A stretch of 64,000 bases of DNA from an uncultured Pseudomonadota bacterium (lineage in GTDB: Bacteria > Pseudomonadota > Gammaproteobacteria > Steroidobacterales > Steroidobacteraceae). Location: assembly GCA_903927005.1 (NCBI GenBank), contig CAIYLH010000004.1:19177-83176 (forward strand), written 5' to 3'. The notes under the pieces were generated by a model. It was given only the letters and a program-made list of their open reading frames with translations. It searched no databases and had not been told where the DNA came from. A program made the position numbers and the translations under genes. Below are positions 7,400 to 15,802 of this stretch, one piece after another; within the stretch, counting starts at the first letter, position 1, and each line of letters begins with the position of its first letter.

Positions 7400-7469
7400 C
7401 GATCCTCCGGTCAGGTGAGGCCTGTACTGGCTATGTGGGGCTGACAGACGAAGGCGGGCGTCACTGCGG

Positions 7470-9203
7470 CTAGCGGCCGATTGGGGCTTTTTTTACTCGA
7501 GCTGCCCAGGACTGCATGTGCCGTTCCAGTACTTCCAGCGGCATCGGTCCGCCGTCGATCAGGGCGTCATGGAAGGCGCGGATGTCGAAGCGATCGCCCA
7601 GCGTGCGCTCGGCTGCGCGGCGCATCGCCAGGATGCGTAGCTCACCGACCTTGTAAGCCAGCGCCTGCGCAGGCCAGGCCACGTAACGCTGAGTCTCGTA
7701 TTGGACGAAGCGCTCCGGCAGCGTCGTGTTCTCGCGCAGGCACTGCTCCGCCTGCGGTACGGTCCAGTCCTTCCAGTGCAGGCCGACATCCATCATCAGT
7801 CGGCACGCTCGCCAGATGTTGAACGACAGCCGACCGAAGCGTTCGTAGGCATCGCGGTAGACGCCCATCTCCTCGCCGAGATACTCCGAGTACAGAGCCC
7901 AGCCTTCCACGAACGCGGTAATGTCGTCGCGCCGGCGGAACTTTGGCAGGTCGGTCCGCTCCTGTGCGAGCGCGATCTGCAGGTGGTGGCCTGGCACGCC
8001 TTCGTGCAGCACCCACGAGGGCAGACTGAACAGCGGATCGGCGTTCGAGCGCGCGCCGATCACCACGCTGCCGGCAACGCCTGCGACCGGATCACCAGCA
8101 TCGTAGCCAGAGGAGGAGGCCTCCAGCTCCGGCGGCTTGCGCCGAAATCCCCAGCTAAGCCGCGGCAGCTTGCCAAACCAGCGCGGCAGCATCGCGTCGA
8201 CCCGCTTGCCGATCTCACTGGCCTTTTCTACATAGGCAGGCACGTCTGGGGAATAGAACTTCGGCTCGCTACGCAGCATCGCGACGAACTCAGGCAGCGT
8301 GCCGGTGAAGCCGGTGTCGCGCATTGCGCGCTCCATTTCCCCATGCAGTCGCGCGACTTCCGTCTCGCCCATCGCGTACACCTCGTCGGGCGTCAGCGGC
8401 AGCGTCGTCGAGCGACGCACGAGATAGGCGTAGTAGGCCTCGCCGTCCGGCAGGCTGCGTGCCCCCGGAGCGCTGCGCGCGTGCGGCACGTACTCCTTCT
8501 CGAAGAACTCCACCATTTCGCGCTGTGCCGGCTTTACGTTAGTCGCTACGGTTCGCGTTGCGTCCGCCAGTAGCGCCGCCTGCAGGCCGGCTGGCAGTGT
8601 CGATGGCAGTCGCTTCAACGGGCCAAGCAGCGGGCTTGCTTCGGCGGGCTGTTCCGCTGCGACGCGCAGCACGGCGAGAATTCCCTCTGCGATAGAGCGC
8701 GGTTGCACGAACCCGCTGGCAATGCCCCGACGCATGTTGGCCATCTCGATCGCGTAGTAGCCCGGCAAGGTCGCGAGCCGCGCGATCCAGGCGCGCGCCT
8801 CATGTTCGTCATGCAGCACCGTATTGGCGGCGACGTAGTTGGCGGTATTGAAAAATCCATCGCCGTTGTCGAATGGGATCCGCTCCTCGTCGAAGCGCGC
8901 GCCTTCGATCGCGATCGCCAGGCGCCAGCCGAGCAGCTCGCGGGTCAGAGCGTCCTCGCTGTCACGGCGCGAGGCTGGCAGCGCTGTAAGCCGGGATTGC
9001 AGCGAGCGATAGGCGGTCGTGCGCTGAGCGACCGCGGCCAGGCTAACGTCCGGCCAGCCGGCGGGGTTGTCGCCATCGGTTTGGCTGGCGACACGATCGT
9101 AGTCGGCGACGATTGCCTCGAGGCGTTCCGCCGCTATCGTAGGGCTCGCCCAGGTTGCCGTCACAGCAACAGCTATGGCCATCAAAATCGCTTGAATCCG
9201 CAT
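7470..9203 (-). CDS. DUF885 family protein (metallopeptidase-like), secreted
   Basis: Start chosen at MRIQAILMAIAVAVTATWA (signal peptide); the track ORF extends to 9251. Contains HEGVPGHHLQIALAQE, characteristic of DUF885. Confidence 0.8.
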   Translation of the reverse strand: MRIQAILMAIAVAVTATWASPTIAAERLEAIVADYDRVASQTDGDNPAGWPDVSLAAVAQRTTAYRSLQSRLTALPASRRDSEDALTRELLGWRLAIAIEGARFDEERIPFDNGDGFFNTANYVAANTVLHDEHEARAWIARLATLPGYYAIEMANMRRGIASGFVQPRSIAEGILAVLRVAAEQPAEASPLLGPLKRLPSTLPAGLQAALLADATRTVATNVKPAQREMVEFFEKEYVPHARSAPGARSLPDGEAYYAYLVRRSTTLPLTPDEVYAMGETEVARLHGEMERAMRDTGFTGTLPEFVAMLRSEPKFYSPDVPAYVEKASEIGKRVDAMLPRWFGKLPRLSWGFRRKPPELEASSSGYDAGDPVAGVAGSVVIGARSNADPLFSLPSWVLHEGVPGHHLQIALAQERTDLPKFRRRDDITAFVEGWALYSEYLGEEMGVYRDAYERFGRLSFNIWRACRLMMDVGLHWKDWTVPQAEQCLRENTTLPERFVQYETQRYVAWPAQALAYKVGELRILAMRRAAERTLGDRFDIRAFHDALIDGGPMPLEVLERHMQSWAARVKKAPIGR

Positions 9204-9401
9204 CCGCGTTCCTCCACGGGACCAGCCCGCCGTGGCTCCAAGTATAGGCATGGCGCCGCCCGCCGCAGCCGTCGGTCAGGGTCGGAAGTGGCGGTTCACT
9301 GGCCCTGAAGGGCTCGACCGCTCCGTGTTCGGCCCTGTCGAATCACCGCCGCTTGGGTCGACCACGCCTGATGCCCGGCGCGGGTTGCCGCGGTGGGTTG
9401 T

Positions 9402-9659
9402 TCAGGGCTTGTCGGGGCTCTGGCGGGATTGCCAACGCCAACGGGGAGGTTCGCCTGTCCGCCAACAGACCAGGATCAGCAGCAGGCTCATTGAGCCTAT
9501 GAAGGCACCGTTGAGAGCCGTGCTTTCCCGGCGCAGCAGCACGAGGCCCACCGCCGACACGGCAGTCCACACGATCAGCACGAGCCAACCTTGCCAGGCG
9601 CACGGCAGGCCCCAGCCCCAGCCATAGCGTTTAGCAGCAAACCAGTAGGACGACCGCAT
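9402..9659 (-). CDS. Small membrane protein, hypothetical
   Basis: Internal ATG at 9659. MRSSYWFAAKRYGWGWGLPCAWQGWLVLIVWTAVSAVGLVLL is followed by a second hydrophobic helix. Confidence 0.5.
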   Translation of the reverse strand: MRSSYWFAAKRYGWGWGLPCAWQGWLVLIVWTAVSAVGLVLLRRESTALNGAFIGSMSLLLILVCWRTGEPPRWRWQSRQSPDKP

Positions 9660-9688
9660 TGGCGCTGGCTCGGTGTTCACGGCGTTCC

Positions 9689-10039
9689 TCAGCTGTCGAT
9701 CCGCGGCGGCCCTACTGTTCCCAGCAATCGGGGTACCCGTATGCGGAGGATTTCGACCAGTTGCGGATCCATGAATTTGTAGATGTCGGGGATATCCAGA
9801 CAGATCACCCGTTGGCGCCGCAGGTGCCTGCCAAACTTTGCGGCCAACTTGCGGGAATGCACCCGCTCCATCGTAAATACGATCTCCGCCCACTCGAGCA
9901 ATTCTCCGCTCAACGGCGTCTCCGCAGTCGCGTCGAGTCCGGCGGAGGCGACCTCAAGTCCAGGCCAGTCCGCGAACACCTGCTCCGCAGTCGGGCTGCG
10001 GAGTCGGTTCTGGCTACAGACGAACAGTACGCGGCGCAT
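9689..10039 (-). CDS. Low-molecular-weight phosphotyrosine phosphatase-like protein (COG4551-type)
   Basis: MRRVLFVCSQNRLRSPTAEQVF carries the CX5R(S/T) P-loop. Alternative start at 10069. Confidence 0.75.
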   Translation of the reverse strand: MRRVLFVCSQNRLRSPTAEQVFADWPGLEVASAGLDATAETPLSGELLEWAEIVFTMERVHSRKLAAKFGRHLRRQRVICLDIPDIYKFMDPQLVEILRIRVPRLLGTVGPPRIDS

Positions 10040-10152
10040 GGTTGGGTTCGCTGGCGGCTGGTTGTCCACGGCAGGTCAAGGCTGAAACTCCACTTTGCAT
10101 TGCAAGAGCTTGTCGCCGGGCAGCGCTGAGGGATGCTACGCGCCTGTTCATC

Positions 10153-10500
10153 TCATCGTCTGGCTCTGGCCCTGCGCAGTGCCATATAGACCAGCGACGC
10201 ATTGACGCTCGGTGCGGCAAGGATCCCGGCCAAGAACCAGCCCCATTCTGCGCGGGCCGCCGAGGCAAGGGCATGGGGTACGCCGAAAATCACCCCGGCA
10301 AGCAGTAGCCAGGGCACCGGGTGTATGAGCGTAAGGAAAATTCCGCTCTTCTGCGGGCGCTGGGCGGACGTGCCGAGGTTAGGAGGAAGCTTTCCGAGCG
10401 ACGCGAGCAGCAGCAGGAGCCAACGAAATAAAAGCGGTGTGGCGACCAGCCCCGCAAAGAAGCCAAGAGGCAGAGGCCAGACCTGGGATAGAAAATTCAT
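10153..10500 (-). CDS. Hypothetical membrane protein
   Basis: 115 aa with three or four hydrophobic segments. No known motif. Confidence 0.5.
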   Translation of the reverse strand: MNFLSQVWPLPLGFFAGLVATPLLFRWLLLLLASLGKLPPNLGTSAQRPQKSGIFLTLIHPVPWLLLAGVIFGVPHALASAARAEWGWFLAGILAAPSVNASLVYMALRRARARR

Positions 10501-10568
10501 ACTCGCATCCGCTTAATGGTTGGACGTATGCGCCGTCCAAAGTCCCCGCCTGGCTGCACCTCTTTGTC

Positions 10569-11210
10569 TCAGCCGATAGGGCGGTGAGCCTCGATGGCCG
10601 CCGCCATCGCTTCTGCCTCTGCACCGCCACGGGCGTGCAGCGCGGCGAGTAGCGAGGTCCGGTTCGCTTCTGGCTGGTTCTGGCTGAGCTTGAACTTGCC
10701 AGTCATGGTGCTGACTTGCAGTCGGATCCCGACAATGCCGCGCATCATTGCTTCAAGAAAGTCGGCGGGTGGTTCCGCCAGTGTCCACGGGGTGGGCTGG
10801 TCCGCCTCGTAGGCGGATGCGGCGTCCGTCAGGACCGAGCGTACCCAGCCGGCGTCCTCGATCGCCTGCAGTGTGCCGGTGACGTGTACAACTTCATAGT
10901 TCCATGTGGGCACGACTTGACCGGTCTCGGAGCGTGTTGCGTAGCCGTTGGGCGAGATGTAGTGGTGACGCCCATGAAATACCGCCAGGCACTCGATCGC
11001 CGATGTCGCCTGCTTCCAGAGCGGGTTGGCGCGCGCGACGTGGCCGACCAGACTGCCATGCGGCCCATCGTCCGGACGCAGAGCCAGTGGAATGTGATTG
11101 GCCGTCAGCCCGTTGCTGCCTGCGATGAAGAGCGTCGCCAGCGAGTTGAGCTGCAGGAATCGCTGCAGTTGCGCAGGCCGGGTCTCTTCAAAATGCTTGG
11201 GCAGGTACAT
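10569..11210 (-). CDS. FMN-binding negative transcriptional regulator (PaiB family)
   Basis: Start at MYLPKHFEETRPAQLQRFLQ, the typical PaiB N-terminus. The track ORF extends to 11288. Confidence 0.75.
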   Translation of the reverse strand: MYLPKHFEETRPAQLQRFLQLNSLATLFIAGSNGLTANHIPLALRPDDGPHGSLVGHVARANPLWKQATSAIECLAVFHGRHHYISPNGYATRSETGQVVPTWNYEVVHVTGTLQAIEDAGWVRSVLTDAASAYEADQPTPWTLAEPPADFLEAMMRGIVGIRLQVSTMTGKFKLSQNQPEANRTSLLAALHARGGAEAEAMAAAIEAHRPIG

Positions 11211-11232
11211 GGCGGACCTCGTGTTCGGGGAT

Positions 11233-12576
11233 CTAAAGCGGCCGCAGTGCTGCGCGGATGGCGCGGCCGGTAAGGGCGACGATTTCATCTAGCACGTCAG
11301 GCGGGGCATTGAACGCAGGTGCCAGGATGAGGGCGTCGCCGCGCACACCATCGACGTTGCCGCCAATGGGATAGAGCATGAGGCCCAGCGCAGTCGCCGC
11401 CTTGCCGATCCTGGCGCTGACTTGCTGATCCGCGTCGAACGGCTCGCGCGTTTTCGCATCGCGGACCAGTTCGATGCCAACGAAGAAGCCGCGGCCGCGG
11501 ACATCGCCGACAGCATAGATGTCCGCCAGCTCCGCGCTCAGGGCGGCACGGAACTTCTCACCGTCGCGAGCGACGCGCTCCAGCAGTCGATCGCGTGTGA
11601 CGATGGTCTGTACGGCGACGCCCGCCGCACAGGCGAGTGTGTGGCCGGTAAAGGTGTGGCCAGTGAGTGCGCCGCCGTCGACCTCGTCAATCACGGCGGC
11701 GATGCGGCGGTGATACAAGGTCGCGCCGAGTGGGACATAGCCGCCGCCGAGTCCCTTGGCCACTGCGCAGATGTCGGGGACGACCCCGTCGTGCTCGAGT
11801 GCACGCCAGGTGCCGCAACGCCCGGATCCGCACATAACCTCGTCGGCGATCATCAGTACGCCATGTCGGTCACAGACTTCTCGCACCAGCCGCGCATAGC
11901 CGCTCGGCGCCGGGATCACGCCCCCGGCGGCGCCGACCACGGGTTCGAAGATGAATGCGGCGACCCGCTCCGGCCCAACGCGCAGGATTTCCGCTTCGAG
12001 TTCGGCGGCGGCGTGGACGGCGAGATCGGCCACCGCGATGCCGGCGGGGGGGCGGTACGCGTTGACGCTGGGAAGGAAAGACGCCTCGACCAACGCCCCT
12101 TCGAATGGCTCGCGGCGAGCGCTGAAGTCGGAGACGGCGAGCGCCCCGAGTGTATTGCCGTGCCACGAGCGGCGTCGCGCGATGAACCGGCGGCGACCGG
12201 GCTCGCCGCGAGCGCTGTGAAACTGCAGCGCAATTTTCAGGGCAGACTCCACCGCCTCCGAGCCGCCGGAGACGAACACCATCGAGCTGAACTCCGGGCC
12301 CGCACTGGCGGTGATCAGTGCCTCGAGTTGCTCAAGCGGGTCACTGGTGAACGTGTAGCGGTAGCCATGCGCGATGCGCTCGAGCTGCTGGCAGATCGCC
12401 GCGTTGACCTCCTCGTGCCCGTGGCCGAGGCAGAAGACGGCAGGGCCCCCGGATGCGTCCAGATAACGGCGCCCGGCAGTGTCGTGTACGTAACAGCCGC
12501 GGCCCCAGGCGACTCGCGGCAGGCCAGCGCCTGCCCCTGGCGGTGCTGGATCCCAGGAAGGGTCGCGACGGCTCAT
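11233..12576 (-). CDS. Class III (omega) aminotransferase, PLP-dependent
   Basis: 447 aa. Contains GGSEAVESALKIA and DEVMCGSGRCGTW...AVAKGLGGGYVPLGA (PLP lysine context). Confidence 0.85.
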   Translation of the reverse strand: MSRRDPSWDPAPPGAGAGLPRVAWGRGCYVHDTAGRRYLDASGGPAVFCLGHGHEEVNAAICQQLERIAHGYRYTFTSDPLEQLEALITASAGPEFSSMVFVSGGSEAVESALKIALQFHSARGEPGRRRFIARRRSWHGNTLGALAVSDFSARREPFEGALVEASFLPSVNAYRPPAGIAVADLAVHAAAELEAEILRVGPERVAAFIFEPVVGAAGGVIPAPSGYARLVREVCDRHGVLMIADEVMCGSGRCGTWRALEHDGVVPDICAVAKGLGGGYVPLGATLYHRRIAAVIDEVDGGALTGHTFTGHTLACAAGVAVQTIVTRDRLLERVARDGEKFRAALSAELADIYAVGDVRGRGFFVGIELVRDAKTREPFDADQQVSARIGKAATALGLMLYPIGGNVDGVRGDALILAPAFNAPPDVLDEIVALTGRAIRAALRPL

Positions 12577-12579
12577 GTG

Positions 12580-14703
12580 CTACACGAGACCCTGCTGGGA
12601 CGCGAATGGCAGCGCGCGCACGCGCTTTCCGCTCGCTGTAAACAGAGCGTTGGCAACGGCCGGCGCGACAACCGCGGTCGATGGCTCGCCGATGCCGCCT
12701 GGCGCCTCGCTGCTCTCGATGAGGTGAACCTCGAGCTCGGGAGTGTCGTTGAGGCGCAGTACTCGGTAGTTGTCGAAGTTGGTCTGGCGAACTTTGCCGT
12801 TCGCCAGCGTAACCTCTCCCCATAACGCGGCCGACAGGCCATAGATGATGCCGCTGGTGACCTGCGACTCGACAATCTTCGGATTCACCATCTGGCCGCA
12901 GTCAACGGCGCAGGTGATCTTATGGACCTGCATTTTACCGTCCACCACGGAAATATCGGCGACCTGCGCAACATAGGTGCCGTAGCCTTCCATCACTGCG
13001 ATCCCATGATGGTGGCCAGGGGCCGCTCTTCCCCAGCCGGAGCGACTGGCGACTTCCTCCAGCACGCGCTTGGCGCGCGGCTGCTTTTCGAGCAGCGAGC
13101 GCCGGAACTCGAAGGGGTCTTTGCCTGCGACGTGCGCCAGTTCGTCCATGAAGCTCTCGACGACGAAGCAGTTCAGTGAATGCCCGACCGAGCGCCAGTA
13201 ACCGACGTCGATGCCGACCTCGTGCTGCAGATACTCGATCGAGACGTTCGGAACGTCGTACAGGTAGTTTGCCGCGGCCTCTACCGCAAACCGATCGACG
13301 TGTTTTTCTACTGCGGCCGGGAATGTGCGCGCGCTGATCGAGGGGCTGGTGAGCTTCAGCTGGAAGGCGCTGAGTGCGCTGTTTGTGTCAAACGCGGCGG
13401 TAGCAACGTCATAGGCAGGCGGCCGGTATAGGTCGTGCGTCATGTCGTCCTCGCGCGACCAGATCACTTGTACCGGCGCGCCGATGGCCCTCGAGGCCTC
13501 TGCGGCCGCCGGGATGAAGTCGACCTCAAGCCTGCGGCCGAAGCTGCCGCCGACCATCTGCGTGTGGATACGCACCTGCTCGGGCTTTAGACCGAGCGCA
13601 GTAGCGACGGATTTTTGCGCGAACTGCTGGCTTTGCGTGCCGACGTAGACGTCGCAGCCATCCGCTTTTGCATCGGCCGTACAGTTAATGGGTTCCATGG
13701 CGGCATGGGCGAGTAGTGGCAGCTCGTAGGCGGCGGTCACCTGGCGCTTGGCAGTCAGCATTGCGGCCGATAAATCGCCCTCTTTGCGCGCCGATTGCGG
13801 TGTGCCGCCGGCGGCTTTGAGGCCGGCAAGAATCTTGGCGTTGTTCAGGCCCGCGTTCGGGCCGGCGTCCCAAGTGATTTTTAGCGCATCGCGGGCTACG
13901 CACGCCTGCCAGTAGTGGTCGGCGATCACCGCGATGCCGCTGCCGACGGTTACGATCCTGACGCCGCCGGGCATCTTTGCCGCTGCGCTGGAGTCGACGG
14001 CCAGGGCCTTGCCGCCGAGCGTTGGGCTTTGCGCGAGCGCTGCGTACTTCATGCCTGGCAGCCTGATGTCGATGCCGTACACCGAGCTACCGTCCACTTT
14101 TGCCGGCGTATCGAGTCGCGGCTGTGGTTTGCCAATCAGCGCGTAGGCGGATCGATCCTTGGGTCTGGCGCTCTTCGGCGGTGTACGGCTGGAGGCGGCC
14201 TGCGCCAGCTGGCCGAACGTTGCTCGCTGGCCGTCCGTGCCTACCACTGCGCCGTCCTCCAACTGCAGTGTTGCGGCATCCACCTGCCACTGCTCGGCGG
14301 CGGCGCCGACGAGCATCGCGCGCGCCTGCGCGCCTGCAGTGCGCAGCTTCGTCCACGCTTCCCGCACGCTAGTGCTGGCACCGGTGAGCTGTGCGCCAAG
14401 TAGCGTGTTGGTGTATTCCTTCCCGGCAGGGGCGAATTCAACGCGTATTGCCGCGAGCGTCACGTCCAGCTCTTCGGCGATCAGCATCGGCAAGGCCGTG
14501 AAAACGCCCTGACCCATCTCGCACTTGTCGATAATGATCGTGATCGACTCGTCGCCCCCGATGCGCAGCCAGGCGTTTGGCTGACCGCCTACGCCGCGCG
14601 TCTGCACCTTGTCGGATGACTTGCTGCAGCCGGTCAGGCTGATGCCGATGATCAGGCCGCCGCCGCCGAGCACGGAGGTCTGCAGGAACCTGCGCCGGTC
14701 CAT
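12580..14703 (-). CDS. Molybdopterin-binding subunit of xanthine dehydrogenase-family aldehyde/isoquinoline oxidoreductase (IorB-like), Tat signal
   Basis: Start at MDRRRFLQTSVLGGGGLIIGISLTGC (twin-arginine signal). Large MoCo-binding domain; the track ORF extends to 14955. Confidence 0.85.
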   Translation of the reverse strand: MDRRRFLQTSVLGGGGLIIGISLTGCSKSSDKVQTRGVGGQPNAWLRIGGDESITIIIDKCEMGQGVFTALPMLIAEELDVTLAAIRVEFAPAGKEYTNTLLGAQLTGASTSVREAWTKLRTAGAQARAMLVGAAAEQWQVDAATLQLEDGAVVGTDGQRATFGQLAQAASSRTPPKSARPKDRSAYALIGKPQPRLDTPAKVDGSSVYGIDIRLPGMKYAALAQSPTLGGKALAVDSSAAAKMPGGVRIVTVGSGIAVIADHYWQACVARDALKITWDAGPNAGLNNAKILAGLKAAGGTPQSARKEGDLSAAMLTAKRQVTAAYELPLLAHAAMEPINCTADAKADGCDVYVGTQSQQFAQKSVATALGLKPEQVRIHTQMVGGSFGRRLEVDFIPAAAEASRAIGAPVQVIWSREDDMTHDLYRPPAYDVATAAFDTNSALSAFQLKLTSPSISARTFPAAVEKHVDRFAVEAAANYLYDVPNVSIEYLQHEVGIDVGYWRSVGHSLNCFVVESFMDELAHVAGKDPFEFRRSLLEKQPRAKRVLEEVASRSGWGRAAPGHHHGIAVMEGYGTYVAQVADISVVDGKMQVHKITCAVDCGQMVNPKIVESQVTSGIIYGLSAALWGEVTLANGKVRQTNFDNYRVLRLNDTPELEVHLIESSEAPGGIGEPSTAVVAPAVANALFTASGKRVRALPFASQQGLV

Positions 14704-14744
14704 CGTAGGCGGCTGGCCGTCTGGCAGGTTGACGGGACGCGAGT

Positions 14745-15215
14745 TCAAGCCGCGCCGCTGGTCTTGATCAGCTCGGCCGCGCGGTGAATCGCGGCGCGGA
14801 TGCGCGGGTAGGTGCCGCAGCGGCAGATATTTCCCGACATCGCCGAATCGATCTCGGCATCGGTGGGCGTTGGGTTCTGCTGCAGCAGCGCTGTCGCCGC
14901 CATGATCTGGCCGGACTGGCAGTAGCCGCACTGCGGCACGTCCAGCTCTATCCACGCCCGTTGCACCGGGTGCGAGCGGTCTTTAGAGAGGCCCTCGATC
15001 GTGCGGATGTCCTTGCCTGCCACTGCGCCAAGAAGCGTCACGCAGGAGCGGGTTGCCGACCCGTCGACGTGGACGGTACACGCGCCGCACAGCGCCTTGC
15101 CGCAGCCAAACTTCGTGCCGGTCATGCCGAGGTGATCACGCAGGACCCATAGCAGCGGCGTCTCGAGGGAGGCGTCGGTCGCCAGAGTCTGGCCGTTCAC
15201 ATTGAGCGTGGTCAT
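14745..15215 (-). CDS. (2Fe-2S)-binding small subunit (IorA-like)
   Basis: Start at [11 protein letters not shown]. Cys clusters [11 protein letters not shown] and [10 protein letters not shown]...CRCG are present. Confidence 0.85.
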   Translation of the reverse strand: MTTLNVNGQTLATDASLETPLLWVLRDHLGMTGTKFGCGKALCGACTVHVDGSATRSCVTLLGAVAGKDIRTIEGLSKDRSHPVQRAWIELDVPQCGYCQSGQIMAATALLQQNPTPTDAEIDSAMSGNICRCGTYPRIRAAIHRAAELIKTSGAA

Positions 15216-15401
15216 GCAGCGCTTCCTCGTGGATAAGCGGCCCCACCGGAGCGGCCCGCTTTTCGCGGATCCTAGCACCCCTCGGCGCTGCTGGCGTTCG
15301 TTGCGAGGGGACCGCGGGGAGGAACTTCGGGGTCAGGTTGTGGTCATGCCATAAGGGCGGGCCACGCTGTGGTCCCCACCCCCTTCTGTTAAGGTCGCTG
15401 A

Positions 15402-15731
15402 ATGACTCTCCGGGCCCCGCCTTCCCTGCCGCGCTGGATGTTCAGCTCACTGGCTGCTTGCCTGCTGATGCTGACGCTGGTGTTTGCCTGGGCGCAGCTG
15501 CACGCATTGACGCATGGCGTCAGCCATTTCGGCCGTGGGCATGCTGCGCCGCATGCCACGCTCTGCGCCGACTGCATCGGCTCGGCGAATGCGGGCGCCG
15601 CGCCGCCCTCGGTGATCGCTGCTGCGGTGCTCGGCGTGGTCGCCGTGGCTTTCGTCGCGGCGGCGGTAGTGGGCGTCAGCCCCAGGCTGCCGCTGGCGGC
15701 CTACCGTTCTCGCGCTCCGCCTCGACCCTGA
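15402..15731 (+). CDS. DUF2946-like small membrane/periplasmic protein with His-rich and CxxC motifs
   Basis: 109 aa with high GC3 codon pattern. A hydrophobic N-terminal segment is followed by HALTHGVSHFGRGHAAPHATLCADC. Positioned directly upstream of a TonB-dependent receptor, as DUF2946 genes usually are. Confidence 0.6.
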   Translation: MTLRAPPSLPRWMFSSLAACLLMLTLVFAWAQLHALTHGVSHFGRGHAAPHATLCADCIGSANAGAAPPSVIAAAVLGVVAVAFVAAAVVGVSPRLPLAAYRSRAPPRP

Positions 15732-15802
15732 GCTTGAGCCCCGTGGACCGGCTCGCGCAGCAGGCGCTCCGGTTCCCCTCGAGTCTGTCGTCGGAGTTCT
15801 CA

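Noticed and set aside
11422-12825. 467-aa plus-strand ORF
   Set aside because: It is antisense to the class III aminotransferase and the end of iorB, and has no recognisable domain.
15338-15802. N-terminal 155 codons of the 861-aa track ORF
   Set aside because: The TonB receptor begins at the signal peptide MPYSPRVALL (15803). The upstream part is another frame of the DUF2946-like gene region and is merely stop-free.
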